From positions 14,942,001 to 15,006,000 of the forward strand of contig NC_090340.1 in NCBI RefSeq assembly GCF_035084215.1: DNA of 64,000 nt, given 5' to 3'. The stretch comes from Heptranchias perlo. Lineage: Eukaryota. Shown here one piece after another: positions 13,586 through 26,228 of the stretch. The stretch's first letter is position 1. Each line of letters opens with the position of its first letter. A program made the position numbers and the translations under genes. The notes below the pieces were generated by a model. That model was not told where the DNA came from and made no database searches. It worked only from the letters and a program-made list of their open reading frames with translations.

Positions 13586-14977
13586 AAAGAGAAGGAATAA
13601 GAGGGTAAGGGAGGCAGTATTAATGAAGGGCACAGCGTTAGAAAGAATAGTTTTTCAAAACGGTGGTGCTCAGGCCGAGTCTGTTGAATTTAAATTAAGA
13701 AATAATAATGGATTTGTCAGCATATTGAGGGACATCATAGATCACCCCATCGGGGAAAAAATGATCATGAGATTAGTGGGTGATTCATCATGGGCACTTA
13801 AACTATTCTAAGGAGGTGCGGGGGCACACAAATATTTGTGGTCGAAATACAGAGGGTTTCTTAGGTTGCAACCAGGATTGTTTCTTAGTATGTTACTAGT
13901 TCCAACAAGGATAGTTGTAGTGCTGGATCTCGTTCTAGGTGTTGAAGGAAGACAAGTAATTGACCTGGAGTTAGGAGCTTCGCCGTGTAGGAAAACATAA
14001 CGGCAATCCGGCTGTATTTCTCCGATTTAATGTCCAGTCATTTTAATGGGCCAAATCCCATTGACAGCGCGTGCTCAAGCTTCTGAAAGACACTCCCCGC
14101 GGGTAAAATTCTCCACTGGGAGCAGGTATTCTGGAATTAACCCCCAAGGATCAAAAGACGTGGGTAGAGAATGGGCTTGGTTTACAAAGCAAAGAATGGG
14201 GTTAAATATATGTTTCTTTGGATGGCTGGTTGTGGATATGCACATGTGCTTCTCCGCCTTATTACTTCCTTCCTTGTTTTCAGAAACATCCTTAAGCCTT
14301 CCACGTTGACCGTGTTCTCCCCCTTCTGAATTTCATCGTTTCTCTCCTCGACCAGCACTCCACTCAAGCCCCCTCAATATTGACCATGCTGTAAAGTGTT
14401 CCGTATAATTGGCGGTGTATGAATGTACATTTCTGATGTATGGGCACAAGAAGAATGATATCAACGTTTGCTGGTAATACTAAATTGGGAGACACAGCGC
14501 ACTGAGAAACTATGCAGGGTATTTCAGGTGAACAAAGACAGATAAGCAGATTAGGCAGATAGGTGGTAGACGCAGTTGAATGAAGTGCATGTAAAGTCCG
14601 ACAGTATGGGGAAAAAGAATAAAGGCAATATACCCTGAATCGTCAGATTAACTGAGTGGACTGAGACATTTATATTTTTAGAAATATGAGTTCAGAAGGC
14701 CATTAAAAGAAAAAGAGATTCTTCATTCTATACAGATGTGTAAAAGTGAGGTTGAATTTGCACAGGAGAGTGGATAGGCCACAGCTGGAGTTCCCGTCAC
14801 CCATTATAGGGATGATATTGGAGCATTGGGAAGGGTAAAGGGAAGATTCACTGGAATTATGCCAGAAATGAATCATTTTAGTTACAAAGAAATTCACAAA
14901 TATTAAGGCTTTTCTCACTAGAACAGGGCAGGTTTAGTGCGGATCCAATAGAGTAAAAAAAAAATATATAGGCGTTA

Positions 14978-15125
14978 CCAGAATACTGTGGGAGATCATT
15001 CACCACACTGAATGCAACGGTTCAAGAAGGGGGTTCACTACCACATTCTCAAGAGCAATTCGGGATGGGCAATAAATGCCGGCCTCGCCAGCGACGCCCA
15101 CAACCCATGAATGAATAATAATAAA
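14978..15125 (+). mobile_element. 3' tail of the LINE family at 6288-8502 (or its partner SINE)
   Basis: gggatgggcaataaatgccggcctcgccagcgacgcccac followed by an A-rich tail. Confidence 0.8.
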
Positions 15126-15184
15126 ACAATTCTCTTGACAGGCCAATCGGTAAATCGGAGACATAAACTTAAAATTATATTGAG

Positions 15185-16040
15185 TTACACAGAATGTCTA
15201 GCGCAGAAACAAGCCATTTGGCACAACTGGTCTGTACCAGTGTTTATACTCCACATGAGCCTCTTCCCATCCTACTTCATCTAACCCTATCGGCATAACT
15301 TTCCATCCTTTCTCCCTCAGGTATTCAACTAGCTTCCCCTTAAATGCATCTGTGCTATTCACCTTAACTACTCCTTCTGGTCGCGAGTTCCACATTCTTA
15401 CCACTCTTTGGGTAAACAAGTTTCTCCTGAATTCCCTATTGGATTTATTGGTGATGGCCTTATATTTATGGCCCCTAGTTTTGGTCTCCCATACAAGTGG
15501 AAACTTTTTAGAATCATAGAATCATAGAATCTTAAAACACAGCCATCGTGCCTGTGCCGGCTCTTTGCAAGAGATGCCAATTTAGTCCCACACCCCAGCT
15601 TTCCCCCCATAACCCTTCAAATTAGTCCTCTTCAAGTACATGTCCAATTGCCATCTGAAAGTTCCTATGGAATCTGATTCCATCACCCTTTCAGGAAGTG
15701 CATTCCAGATCTTAACAACCCCCTGTGTGAAAAACATTCCCCTCGTTTCCCCTCTAGTTCATTTGTGAATTATTTTAAATCTATGACCTCTGGTAACTGA
15801 CCAACTTGCTAAAGGAAACAGTTTCTCCTTACTTGCTCTGTCAAAACCCTTGGTATCTTCTCCACGTCTACTCTATCAAACCCTTTCATAATTTTAAAGA
15901 CTTCTATTAGGGCACTCCTCAGCCTTCTCTTTTGTAGAGAAAAGAACTCCAGCCTGTTCAACCTTTCCTGATATGTAAATCCTCTCAGTTCGGGTAACAT
16001 CCTTGTGAATCTTTTTTGTACCTTCTCCAGTGCCTCCATA
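15185..16040 (-). mobile_element. Two adjacent CR1 3' fragments
   Basis: FTQRVVRMWNS and ALEKVQKRFTRMLP, with a (atagaatc)n tail at ~15510. Confidence 0.85.
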
Positions 16041-18842
16041 GCCGTAAAATTACCACCAGAAGAACTAAGAGAGAAGTTAAAAGATATTTTCTTACATAGA
16101 TGGTGATGAGGACATTGAATATCTTACTTCAAGTGACACGATAACACCATTTAAACCAGAAATGGTTAAGTATTTGGATGTTACGAAAATGAAAGGGTAG
16201 AGGAAAAGGGAAGGGAAGAGTTGTTCGGCGTGAAGAGGTAGCTCTGGCATAGGCGCAATAGTCTGAACCATGTTCTGCTGTGCTACAATTTCAATAAGTA
16301 TGTGAATCAGCCCTAACGCCCCTCGGTTATGTAGTGAGATATCAACCAGAGTTGCACTCTTAATCCCTATTGGAAATTGTACAGTTGATGATGTCTGCTC
16401 CAGTCACTATCAAGGCTACATCATGAAGAGAGGCCATTTGGGTGAACTTGCGAGACCTGCCAAAGGCGTCTCCACCTGTAAATTTGGCGCTTGACCGTTA
16501 GAACCCCTGACAAATGCCCTAATCAGATGGGAACGACCATTTTCGGCGTTTATCTCGGTATTCAGCCGGTCTTCCGTCGAAGTTACGGCAGAAAACTGGA
16601 AGATCTTTCGAGAAACTTCAGGGACATATTCCATATTTAGGAGCGGATTTTTTACCCAGCCCCCGCGTGGGCCAGCATTTCAATGGAGGACTGACCAGGA
16701 CGTAAATGATGCTGACGCACGGGGCTTAAAAAATCGTCTTTTCCTTCCCATTGTCAATATGTAGGAAACAATCACCGACAATATAATTTAATAAAGCTTC
16801 AAAAACTGAGGGTATTCTTTGAAAATAAACATTTACACTGTCGCCTTGATTGTACTCATCTTAGAATATAAGAACATAAGAAATGTGAGCGGGAAAAGGC
16901 CACACGCCCCTTCGAGCCTGCTCCACCATTCATGGCTGATCTTCGACCTCAACTCCACTTTCCCGTCCGATCCCCATATCCCCTGATTCCATTTGTTTCC
17001 AAAAATGTATCGATCTCGGCCTTGAAAATACTCAATGACGCAGCATCCACAGCCCTCTGCGTAAATTCCAAAGATTCACAACTCAGATTGAAAAAGTTTT
17101 TCCTTATCTCCATCCTAAATAGCCGACCCCATATCCTGCGACTATGCCACCTAGTTCTAGACTCTCCAGCCAGGGGATACAACCTCTCAGTATCTTTCCT
17201 GTCAAGCCCTCTCAGAATGTTATATGTTTCAATGCGATCACCTGTCATTTTTCTAAACTGCAGAGAGTATAGGCCCATTCTGCTCAATCTCTCCTCATAG
17301 GAATCCCATGGAATCAATCTAGTGAACCTTCATTGCACTGCCTGTAAGGCAAGTATACCCTTGCTTACATAAGGAGATCAAAACTGTACACAGTACCCCA
17401 GGTGTAGTCTCAGCAAAGCACTGTTCAGTTGCATCTAGACTTCCTTACTCTTGTGCTCCAGCCAGCCTGCAATAAAGGCCAACATACCATTTGTCTTCCC
17501 AATTGCTTGCTGTACCTGGATGATAACTTTCTGTGTTTTGTATACAAGGACACCCAAGTCCCTCTGAACACCAACCTTAAATGGTTTCTCACCATTTAAA
17601 AATATTCTGTTTTTCTATTCTTCCTACCAAAGTGAATAGCCTCACATTTCTCCACATTATACTCCATCTGCCATCTTCTTGCCCACTAACTTAAGATGTC
17701 TATATCCCGTTGCAGGCTCTTTGTGTCCTCCTCACAGCTTACTTTCCCACCTTGCTTTGAATTGTCAGCAAATTTGGATGTATTACATTCGATCCCTCCA
17801 TCTAAGTCATTAATATAAATTCCAAATAGCTGAGGCCCAAGCACTGTTTTATGCCAGTTAATCAATCCTCTATCCATGCTAGTATATTACCCCAACCCCA
17901 TGAACCCTTATCTTATGTAACAACCTTTTGTGTGGCACCTTATTGAATGCCTTTTGAAAATCCAAATATACTACATCCACTGGTTTCCCCTCATCGACCC
18001 TGCTGCTTGCATCCTCAAAAAACTCTGATAGATTTTCAAACACGATTTCCCTTTCATAAAGCCATGTTGACTCTGCCTAATCATGTTATGATCTTCTAAG
18101 TGCCCCATTACCACAACCTTATTAATGGATTCCAGCATTTCTCGACTACTGTTGTCGGGCTAACTGGCCTGTAGTTCTCTGTTCTCTTTCTCCCACCTTT
18201 CTTGAATAGAAGACTTACATTTGCTACCTTCCAATCCACGGGGACAGTTCTAGCATCTAGGTAATTTTGGAAGATCACATCAATGCATCCATTATCACTG
18301 CAGCCGCCTCTTTTAAAACCCTAGAATGTAGGCCATCAGGTCCACGGGATTTGTTGGATTTTAGTCCCAATAATTTCTCCAGTACTTTTTCTTTACTAAT
18401 ATTAATTACTTTAAGTTCCTCATTCTCATTAGACCTTTGGTTCCCCGCTATTTCTGGTATTTTTTGTGTCTTCGACTGTGAAGACAGATACAAAATATTT
18501 GTTTAACGTCTCTGCCATTTCCTTATTACCCATTAGAATTTCTCCTATCTCAGCCTCTAAGGCACTCATGATTACTTTCACAACTCTCTTCATTTTTTCA
18601 TGCTTGTAGAAGCTCTTACAATCTATTTGATATTTCTTGCTAGTTTAGTCTCATATTCTATTTTATCACTCTTCATCAATTTTTGGTCATCCTTTGCAGA
18701 TTTCTAAAACTTTCCCAATCCTTCGGCATACTACTCTTCTTGGCAACATTATAAGCCTCTTATTTTAATATAATATTATCCTTAACTTCTTTAATTAACC
18801 ATGGATGGATCACTTTTCCCGTGTAGTATTTATTCCTGAATG

Positions 18843-18845
<3 letters not shown>

Positions 18846-18883
<38 letters not shown>
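18846..18883. repeat. (TA)n microsatellite
   Basis: Direct observation. Confidence 0.95.
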
Positions 18884-18884
<1 letters not shown>

Positions 18885-19225
18885 TTGTTGAAAATTAGGA
18901 AATAATTTCTTTAAATGTCCAACATTGCTTATCTACCATCATATCTTATTATCTAATTTCCCAATCAAACTTAGCCAACCCGCCCCTCTTACCTATGTAA
19001 TTGGCTATATTTAAGTTTAAAACTCTAGTTTCGGACTTAATACATCACTTTCGAACACAATGTGAAATTCTATCATATCATGATCACTCCTCCCCAGGGG
19101 ATCCTTTTCTATGAGATTACTAATTAACCCTGTCTCATTACATCAGACAAGATCTAAAATAACCTTTTCCCTGGTTGGTTCCACGAAATATTGTTCGAGG
19201 AAACTGTCTCGAATGCATTCCATGA

Positions 19226-19520
19226 TGGGTGTTTTTGCGACTGGAAGGTTGTTTCCAGTGGTGTTGTGCAAGGCTGAGTACTAGGTCCCTTGCTTTTTGT
19301 GGGATATATTAATGATTTGGATTGAACGTGGGGGGCTTAATCAAGAAGTTTGCAGATGATACAAAAATTGGCCGTGTGGTTGATAGTGAGGGGAAAAGCT
19401 GGACTGCAGGAAGCTATCAATGGACTGGTCAGGTGGGCAGAAAAGTGGCAAATGGAATTCAATCCAGGGAAGTGTGGAGAAATGCATTTGGGGAGGGCAA
19501 AACAAGGCAAGGGAGTACTC
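19226..19520 (+). mobile_element. CR1 RT fragment nested in the minus-strand CR1
   Basis: LIKKFADDTKIG motif. Confidence 0.8.
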
Positions 19521-20234
19521 ATTTAGCTCTCTGATCTATGCCAATTTGCGCATGGCTCAGGTAGTATTCCAGAGTGTATTACATTTGAGATTCTGCTTAT
19601 TATTTTGGACCTTAGCTCCACAAACTCCCTTAGCAGAGCCTCATTCTTAGTTCTACCTATGTCGCAGATTCCTACGTGGACTACGACAACTGGATCATCC
19701 CCCTCATGCTCCAAGTTCTTCCTCAGTCAAGAGGAGATATCCTTAACCTGACACCAGGCAAGCAACACAGCCTTCAGAACTCCAGGTCTTGGCTGCAGAG
19801 AACATATCTATCCCCCTAACTATACTACCCCTTACTACTACCACATTCCATTTTACTCCCCCCTTAAATGGCCACCTGTACCATGGTGCCATGGTCAAGT
19901 TGTCCCTTCTCCCTGCAGTGTTGTACTCATCCACACAGGTATCTTGTACCTTGTACCTGTTGGACAAGGTCAAAGGCTGAGGCTCCTTCATCACTGCCTT
20001 CTGGGCCCCCATACCTGCTGTGTGTGACCACTGACCAAACCTAAAGAACCTTCTAACATAAGCGGTGTGGCTGCCTCCTGGATCGAAGTTTCCAGATAAA
20101 TCTCCGACTCAATGATGCATCACAATGTCTGCAGATCGGACATCCAGCACAACAACTCTGAGCTGAATTCCTGCAGTTGCAGACACTTACTGCAAATGCG
20201 ATTGCTCGGGATTTCGCTGATCTCCACCAAGTTT

Positions 20235-21257
20235 CGTAGTGGTGAACGGTTGTTTATCGGACTGGAGGAAGGTATACGGTGGTGTTCCCCAGGGGACGGT
20301 ACTAGGACCACTGGTTTTATATATATATATATTAATGACTTGGACTTGAGTGTGCAGGGCAAATTCAAAATTTTCAGATAACACAAAACTTGGAAGTGTA
20401 GTAAAGGGTGAGGAGCATCGTAATAGACTTCAAGAGAACATAGACAGGCTGGTGGAATGGGCGGAGACAAGGCTGATGAAATATAACGCAGAGAAGTGCG
20501 AAGGGATACATATTGGCAGGAAGAATGAGGAGAAGCAATATAAACTAAATAGAACAATTCTAAAGGGGGTGCAGGAACAGGGAAAGCCGAGGGTATATGT
20601 GCACAAATCTTTGAAGGTTGCAGGACAGTTTGAGAATATGGTTAAAAAAGCATACGGGATCCTGGGTTTTATCAATAAAATCATAGAGTACAAAAGCAAG
20701 GAAGTTATGTTGAACCTTTACAAAACACTTGTTCAGCCACAACAGGAGTATCGTGTCCAATTCTGGGCATCACACTTTAGGAAGGATGTGAAGGCCTTAG
20801 AGAGAGTGCACAAAAGATTTACTAGAATAGTTCCAGGGATGTTTTAGTTACATGGATACACTGGAGAAGCTGGGGTTGTTCTCCTTAGAGCAGAGAAGGT
20901 TGAGAGGAGACTCGATAGGAGTGTTTCAAATCATTAACGGTTTAGGTAAAGTTAATAAAGATAAACTCTTCCATTGGCGTAAGGATCGAGAACCAGAGAA
21001 CACAGAGAACTGCAGGCGACATGAGGAAAAACGTTTTTACGCAGCAAGTAGTTATGACCTGGACTGCCTGAAAGGGTGGTGGAAGCAGATACCCATGGTG
21101 GCTTTCAAAAATCAATTGGATAAAAGGGAAACATTTGCAGTGCTACAGGGAAAGAGCGGGGAATGGGACTAACTGGATTGCTCTTACAAAGAGCTGACCC
21201 AGGCTCAATGGGCCAAATGGCCTCCTTCTGTGCTGCAACCATTCTATGATTCTATGA
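20235..21257 (+). mobile_element. CR1 3' fragment nested in ORF1 of the minus-strand CR1
   Basis: RT C-terminal motifs and an attctatgattctatg tail. Host ORF1 rejoins across it (ccaccaa|ctcccac). Confidence 0.85.
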
Positions 21258-21469
21258 ACTCCCACATGCTGCAGTTCCGACACACCACCAGCCCTGCGAT
21301 CCCCATCTAAACTTGTTATATATATTTAATTAATTGAAATTAGTATTCACTCAATATTTTTTGTTTAATTAAATAATTAGTTTATCTAGTTTAAGTTATT
21401 AATTTAATGGCAATTTATAGTTTCCCAGCTCTTAGTTTAGGGACCATAAAGGAGATCTACTCATGGAGG

Positions 21470-23165
21470 TAGAGGGCATGGCCGAAGTACTAAATGAGTA
21501 CTGCATCTGTCTTTTCCAAGGAAGAAGAAGCTCCCAGGGTCTCAGTAAAGGAAGATATATTTGAGATTCTGGATGGACTAAAAATTGATAAAGAAGAGAT
21601 AATTGAAACGCTCGCTGTACTTAATGTAGATAAGTCATCCGTTCTGGATTGGATGCATCCGAGGTTGCTGAGGGAAGTAAGGGTGGAAATTTTGGAGGTA
21701 CTGGCCATAACCTTCCAAACATCCGTAGATATGGGAGTGGTGCCAGAGGAATGGAGAATTGCAAATGTTACACCCTTGTTCAAAAAAGGGTGTAAGGATA
21801 AACCCAGCAACTATAAGCCAGTCAGTTTAACCTCAGTGGTGGGGGAACTTTTAGAAACGATAATCCGGGACAGAATTAACGGTCACTTGGACGAATGTGA
21901 TTGATTAGGGAAAACCAGCACGGATTTGTTAAAGGCAAATCGTATTTAACTAAGCTGATAGTTTTTTGATGAAGTAACAGAGGGGGTAGATGAGGGCAAT
22001 GCAATTGATGTGATACATATATGGACTTTCAAAAGGCCTTTTATAAAGTGCCGCATGGTAGGCTTATCTGCAAGATTGCGGCCCAATGAATTAAAGGGGC
22101 AGTAACAACATGGATACAGAATTGGCTTCGTGACAGGAAACAGAATAGTGTTGAACGGTTGTTTTTCAGACTGGAGAGAGGTGTGCACTGGTGTACCCTA
22201 GGGGTCAGTGCTGGGACCACTGCTTTTCTTGATATATATTAATAACTTGGTGTTCAGGGCAAAATTTCAAAATTTGCAGATGACACAAAACGTGGAAGGG
22301 TAGTGAACAGTGAGAATAATAGTGACAGACTTCAAAAGGACATAGATAGGCTGGTGACATGGGCGGACACATGGCAGATGAAATATAGTGCAGAAAAATA
22401 TGAAGTGCTACATTTCGGTAGGAAGAACGAGGAGAGGCAATGTAAACTAGAGGGCACAAGTCGAAAAGGCGTACAGGAACAGAGAGATCTGCAGGTATAT
22501 GTGCACAAATTGTTGAAGGTGGCAGGGCAGGATGAGAAAGTGGTTTGAAAAGCCTACGGGATCCTAAGCTTTATAATTAGAGGTATAGATTACAAAAGTA
22601 TGGAAGACATGATGAATCTTTACAAAACACTGGTTCGGCCACAACTGAAGTATTGTGTCCAGTTCTGGGCACCGCACATTCGGAAAGATGTGAAGGCCTT
22701 AGAGAGGGTGCAGAAAAGGTTCACTAGAATGATTCCAGGGATGAAGGACTTTAGTTAAGTGGATGGGCTGGAGAAGCTGGGGTTGTTCTCCTTGGAACAG
22801 AGACGGTTGCGAAGAGATTTGATAGAGGTATTCAAAATCATGAGGGGTCTAGATATAGTAGATAGAGAGAAACTGTTCCCATTGGTGGAAGTGTGAAGAA
22901 CCAGAGGACATAGATTTAAGGTGATTGGCAAAAGAACGAAGGGTGACATGAAGAAAAACTTTTTTACACAGTGGGTGGTTGGGATCTGGAATGCAGATTC
23001 AATTATGACCTTCAAAGGGACCTGGAAAAGTACTTAAAAGGAAACAAATTGCAGCGCTACGGGGATGGGGTGGGGGAGTGGGACTTGCTGGATTGCTCTT
23101 GCACGGCACGGACTCGATGGGTCGAATGGCCTCCTTCTGTACTGTAACCGTCCTATGATTCGATG
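21470..23165 (+). mobile_element. CR1 5'-truncated copy nested in the 5'UTR of the minus-strand CR1
   Basis: MHPRLLRE and NYKPVSLTS motifs, with a 3' tail at ~23120-23165. Confidence 0.85.
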
Positions 23166-24324
23166 CTCTAGCTTAGAGAGCAAGAAAAGGTAATACTCAT
23201 CAACCAATTAACTAACTGCTGTCATGTGACGTCTCTCCTCCACGCCTTAACACCTGCCGTGGGTAGGGAGGGCGGGGGCTGTTCCGGCGCTTTTTCCGGG
23301 CCGCTGGGTTGGAGGGTCGGTGATGGGGGTTGAGTGGGGGGGAATTCACGCGAGTACTCTGCGCTGCTCTCTCTCTCTCTCTGCTGCTCCTTTACGCCGG
23401 GCCGCTGGGGGCGATTCCAGCGCTTTTTCCTCCCGGGATATCAGCAATATTGAGCTGGGCTACGATGACTTCCAACAACCTGCCAATTATCACTGCCCAA
23501 GCTCAGACATGAAGAATGGCTGAGAGAGTCCATTGTACCCCTGCATATGTCAGGGGTGAAGGGTGATTTTTTTTAAAAAAAAACGAATCTTGCCTGATTT
23601 ATTTTCCTTCATTTTCCATTTCCCTGGTACCTGGGATCACATTGATTTTCCTGCGCATCTTTCGTTCGCCTGGCTAATGCAGTCAGATGCTTGTCAGCTG
23701 TCTCTTACATAGTCTGTAAATATTTTAGTCATTAAACCATGAATCTATAAGGATGCACGATTGGGATGTAAAATGAGGAAGATTTTTTTAGCTGCGATTT
23801 ACTGCATAAAATGTTTTCTTGGACTGATTTGACCATTTTAGCAACGTTGCAGCTGGAGAGATAAATTTATCCTGAAGCATTTCAAATGGAACTGTGGAAG
23901 CTACTCGTCTGAACCGCCTCCACTTTTACATTAACCTACTCTGTCAAAATTTGTATTGTTCGCTTTTCCCATACAGTAATTTATATCAATCGCCTGGCAG
24001 TGGACTAAATGCTTGCGGCTACAAATCAAAGAGGTGTACATATATAGAAAGGAAACAACCGGTGGTTGATCTCACTATTCTCATTATGGATGCGCATCTT
24101 TAACTGCAACGTGATAAGATTCTGTTCAGAGTCGCTGCTCTTTACTCTTCGCAGCCAGAAAAGCAGCCTTCAGCTATGGAACATCAAATCCTAATGGCAA
24201 ACATGTCTCTTTGCCAATGCTTCAGATAGGACCAACTTTTTAACCAGTTGGCTCTGAGTAAGCCTGGTTAGGGCCTTTAAATTCAGCATCTGGAACATCA
24301 AAATGGATTGCGAATTATGAATCA

Positions 24325-24480
24325 GGTGCGGTAGTGTAGTTGTTATTTTACTGGACTCGTAATCCAGAGGCCTGGTTCAATATTCCACAGAACGTAAACT
24401 CAAATCCTATCATGAAGGTTTGAGAATTTGAATTCAGTTTTTTTAAAATCTGGAAATGAAAAAGAATAGCCAGCTGTCCT
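24325..24480 (+). mobile_element. tRNA-derived SINE head fragment
   Basis: ggtagtgtagt (A-box-like), actggactcgtaatccagaggc and ctcaaatcc (B-box-like). Confidence 0.55.
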
Positions 24481-24789
24481 ATGTAAGCCCTTCTATACAC
24501 TGTAGGCAGATGCCCATCAAATAGCTGACGAAGGAACTCTGAAGCTGGGAATGGCAACTGCTGGGCACCATTACCTGGATGATGAGTAGATGAACACTTT
24601 CACATGGATCCAAGACTGATGTTTACGTTCACTGGCTTGAGCGAATATACTCACGTTTAAAGTAAGTTGATTTACTTACAGCAGGAAGAGTTTCAGGTAA
24701 CTCCTAGTTGCCAAACAATGCCTCAAGTCAGAATCTGCCAGCCAGCTAATGACCGACTCGTGACTATCCTCCTGGATCAAAGGGAAGTA

Positions 24790-25200
24790 AGGGGAGACAA
24801 TGACTGACTTTGTCTCCCGGTCCTCCAACGCCTCAAATTTTAAAATACACATCCTCATGATCAAATTTCTTCATGGCCTCGACCCTCGTAATCTCTGTTA
24901 CCTCCCCCAGACCCACAGTTCCGAATCCGGCCTTTGGAGCATCCTCCTTCCTTCGCCCTACCATTCGCTGTGGTCCATCAGGCCATCGAGGTCCGACACT
25001 CTGGAATTCTCTCTCTAAATCAATCTGCCTCGCCACCTCTCTCTGCTTTAAGGCCCTGCTTAAACCCCATCTATTTGAGCAAGCTTTCAGTCATCCTTAC
25101 TGATACCTCCTTCATTGGCTCGGCCTATAGATTTGTCTGATCAGGCGTTTAATGAGCGCCTGGGGACATTTTAAAGTCGCTATCTAGAAGCAAATCGTTG
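24790..25200 (+). mobile_element. L2 LINE 3' fragment
   Basis: FKIHILMIKFLHGL and GPTLWNSL, with an L2-type tail near 25150-25200. Confidence 0.7.
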
Positions 25201-25554
25201 CGAGAGTGGAAATAAAACCCGAGTAAAGGTACTTCATAACAGTTTAAATGTATTGCTTAAAACAGCTCAATCTTTCCAGCCTGGCTGGTACTAAGTGTTT
25301 CTGCAGGCGTCACATATGCGTGACATCTCACCTCTTATTTAGAAAGCCACCTCATTTTCTGATGTATTTAAGTACATTGGAACTCTTGATCAGGTTGCGT
25401 TAATGTCAGATTTAAACCATGGAATGGATCAGCAAAATAGAGTGGCTGTGCTGGTTTAGCCGATAGCAACCCAGCAGCATCCCTATGCACAGTTGAGGTC
25501 CCTATCCCTTGTCGCTGGTTAAGTAATGGCCAGGGGATGCATTAAGCTGGGGAA

Positions 25555-26228
25555 GGGAGTTCCACAGGCTCACGACCCTCTGAGAGAAAAAAGTTCTCCT
25601 CATCTCTGTTTTACAATGGAGACCTCTTATTTTTAAACTGTTGTCCCTAGTTCTAGTATCTCCCACAAGGGGAAACCTCCTCTCAGCATCTACCCTCCCT
25701 AGTCCCCTCTGAATCTTAAACGTTTCAATAAGATCATCTCTCATTCTTCTAAACTCCAGTGTATACCGGCCCAACTTGTCCAACCTGTCCTTATAAAATA
25801 ACCCCCTCATCCCAAGAATCAATCGAGTGAACCTTCTCTGAACCGCTACAAAACAATTATTTCCTTTCTTAAATAAGGAGATCAAAATTGCACACAGTAT
25901 TGTAGATGTGGTCTCACCAATGCCCTGTACAACTGTAGCAAAACATCTCCACTTTTATATTCCATTCCCCTTGCAATAAATGACAACATTCCATTTGAAT
26001 TTCTAATCACTTGCTGTACCTGCATGCTAACATTTTGTGATTCATGTACTAGGACACCCAGATCCCCCTGTACCTCAGAGTTCTGCAATCTCTCTCCATT
26101 TAAATAATATACTGCTTTTCTATTCCTCCTGCCAAAGTGGACAAGTTCACATTTTCCCACATAACACTCTATCTGCCAAATTTTTGCCCACTCACGAAAC
26201 CTATCTCTATCCCTTTGCAGACTCCTTT
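25555..26228 (-). mobile_element. CR1 fragment
   Basis: LLQLYRALVRPHLQYCVQF and FFSQRVVSLWNSLP. Confidence 0.85.

Larger units (their letters stand above)
16865..23240 (-). mobile_element. Near full-length CR1 LINE (5'UTR, ORF1 Zn-finger/SGNH esterase, ORF2, 3' tail) broken by three sense-strand CR1 insertions
   Basis: 3' tail at 16865 and ORF2 at 16950-19225. ORF1 pieces: VVVVHVGICDIG...SGILPEP (19523-19714), LSNRY, ICSKCLQL (20190-20215) and MGIAGLVVCRNCSMWE (~21260-21307). A 5'UTR-like segment lies at 23165-23240. Confidence 0.8.
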
